Position numbers and translations under genes: made by a program
In this document: piece by piece, positions 63,217 to 64,000 of the stretch
Position numbering within the stretch: the stretch's first letter is position 1
Layout of the letters: each line of letters begins with the position of its first letter
Assembly (NCBI GenBank): GCA_964016885.1
Contig: OZ024747.1
Location: forward strand, 18,972,001-19,036,000
Origin: Eledone cirrhosa
Lineage: Eukaryota
Direction of reading: 5' to 3'
Length of the DNA: 64,000 bases
Notes under the pieces: model-generated
Database searches by the model: none
Seen by the model: the letters and a program-made list of their open reading frames with translations, nothing else
Told to the model about the DNA's origin: nothing

Positions 63217-63934
63217 TAATTGTTTCTACTTTTGGCACAAGGTCAGCAATTATCCCAGTGCATTACTGGTACTTTATTTTATCAACCTCGTAAAGAGGAA
63301 AGGCAAAGTTAACCTTGGCGGGATTTGAACTCAGACCGTAAAGGGACGTAACTCTAGGCTGCAAAGCATGGCGTCCGATCCTCTACTGATACTGCCAATC
63401 CAAATGATAATAATGATTTCTGCTTTAGGCACAAGGCCAGTAATTTGAAGGGGGGGGGGGGGGGGAGTCGATCGAATCGACCCCAGTGCATCACTGGTGC
63501 TTTATTTCATCAACCCTGTAAGGATGAAAGGCAAAGCTAACCTCCGCAAGATTTGAACTCAAAGTGTAAAGGGACGTAACTATATCCCGCAAAGCATATT
63601 GTCTGACGCTCTACCGATACTGCCAATCCATCGCCCTAATCCAAATGATAATAATGAAGACAGTATTAATAATGTGTACAGTGCTCGGGTGCACTACAAC
63701 TCCTCAGAAAGTGTAGCCAAAAGTGCATGCATAGTACATAGAATAATTGTTTCTATTTTTGGCACAAGGTCAGCAATTATCCCAATGCATTACTGGTACT
63801 TTATTTTATCACCCCGTAAAGATGAAAGGCAAAGTTAACCTCGGCGGAATTTGAACTCAGACCGTAAAGGAGCGTAACTCTATGTTGCAAAGCATGGCGT
63901 CTGACCTTTCTATCGATACTGCCAATTCACCGCC
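63217..63934 (-). mobile_element. cluster of three Deu/Nin-domain SINEs (63217-63402, 63412-63636, 63745-63934)
   Basis: Three same-orientation copies in a DCAF6 intron; the third is inserted in a LINE 3' UTR. Confidence 0.85.
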
Positions 63935-64000
63935 TTAGTACATAGTGCAATAGAATAATGTACTAACGGCAGGAAAGTAAACAGTGTATGAGTCATGAAA
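63660..64000 (-). mobile_element. 3' UTR end of a third CR1-like LINE copy, interrupted by a SINE and running off the window
   Basis: cagtgctcgggtgcactacaactc...tagtacatag and aaacagtgtatgagtcatga match 29700-29795. Confidence 0.75.

Overview
AT-rich, microsatellite-dense animal genomic DNA, most likely from an octopod cephalopod (inferred from the abundant tRNA-headed SINE with a Deu/Nin-type domain). The right third holds the 3' part of a DCAF6/IQWD1-like WD40 gene on the minus strand: 11 coding exons (63132 to 39612) with canonical GT-AG sites and consistent phases, about 1076 aa in-window, with the N-terminus beyond the window. The rest is repeat-derived: CR1-like, RTE and Tx1-like LINE pieces, more than 20 SINEs, Tc1/mariner, hAT and piggyBac-type MITEs, and 93-bp and 60-bp minisatellites. 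Two things stand out. (1) An 8.8-kb array of about 150 units of 54 or 60 bp is an amplification of a DCAF6 exon/intron junction. Every unit carries a GTGAGT 5' splice site and an AG, defining frame-preserving, stop-free 24/30-nt candidate micro-exons. The 2942-aa + strand ORF is only its antisense shadow. (2) A family of (TA)n-embedded fold-back elements has Penelope-like architecture (inverted arm, arm with a hammerhead-like motif and often AATAAA, then a tail hairpin). It carries canonical minimal hammerheads, U3-A8 covariant cores, and a recurrent core shortened to CUYGA.
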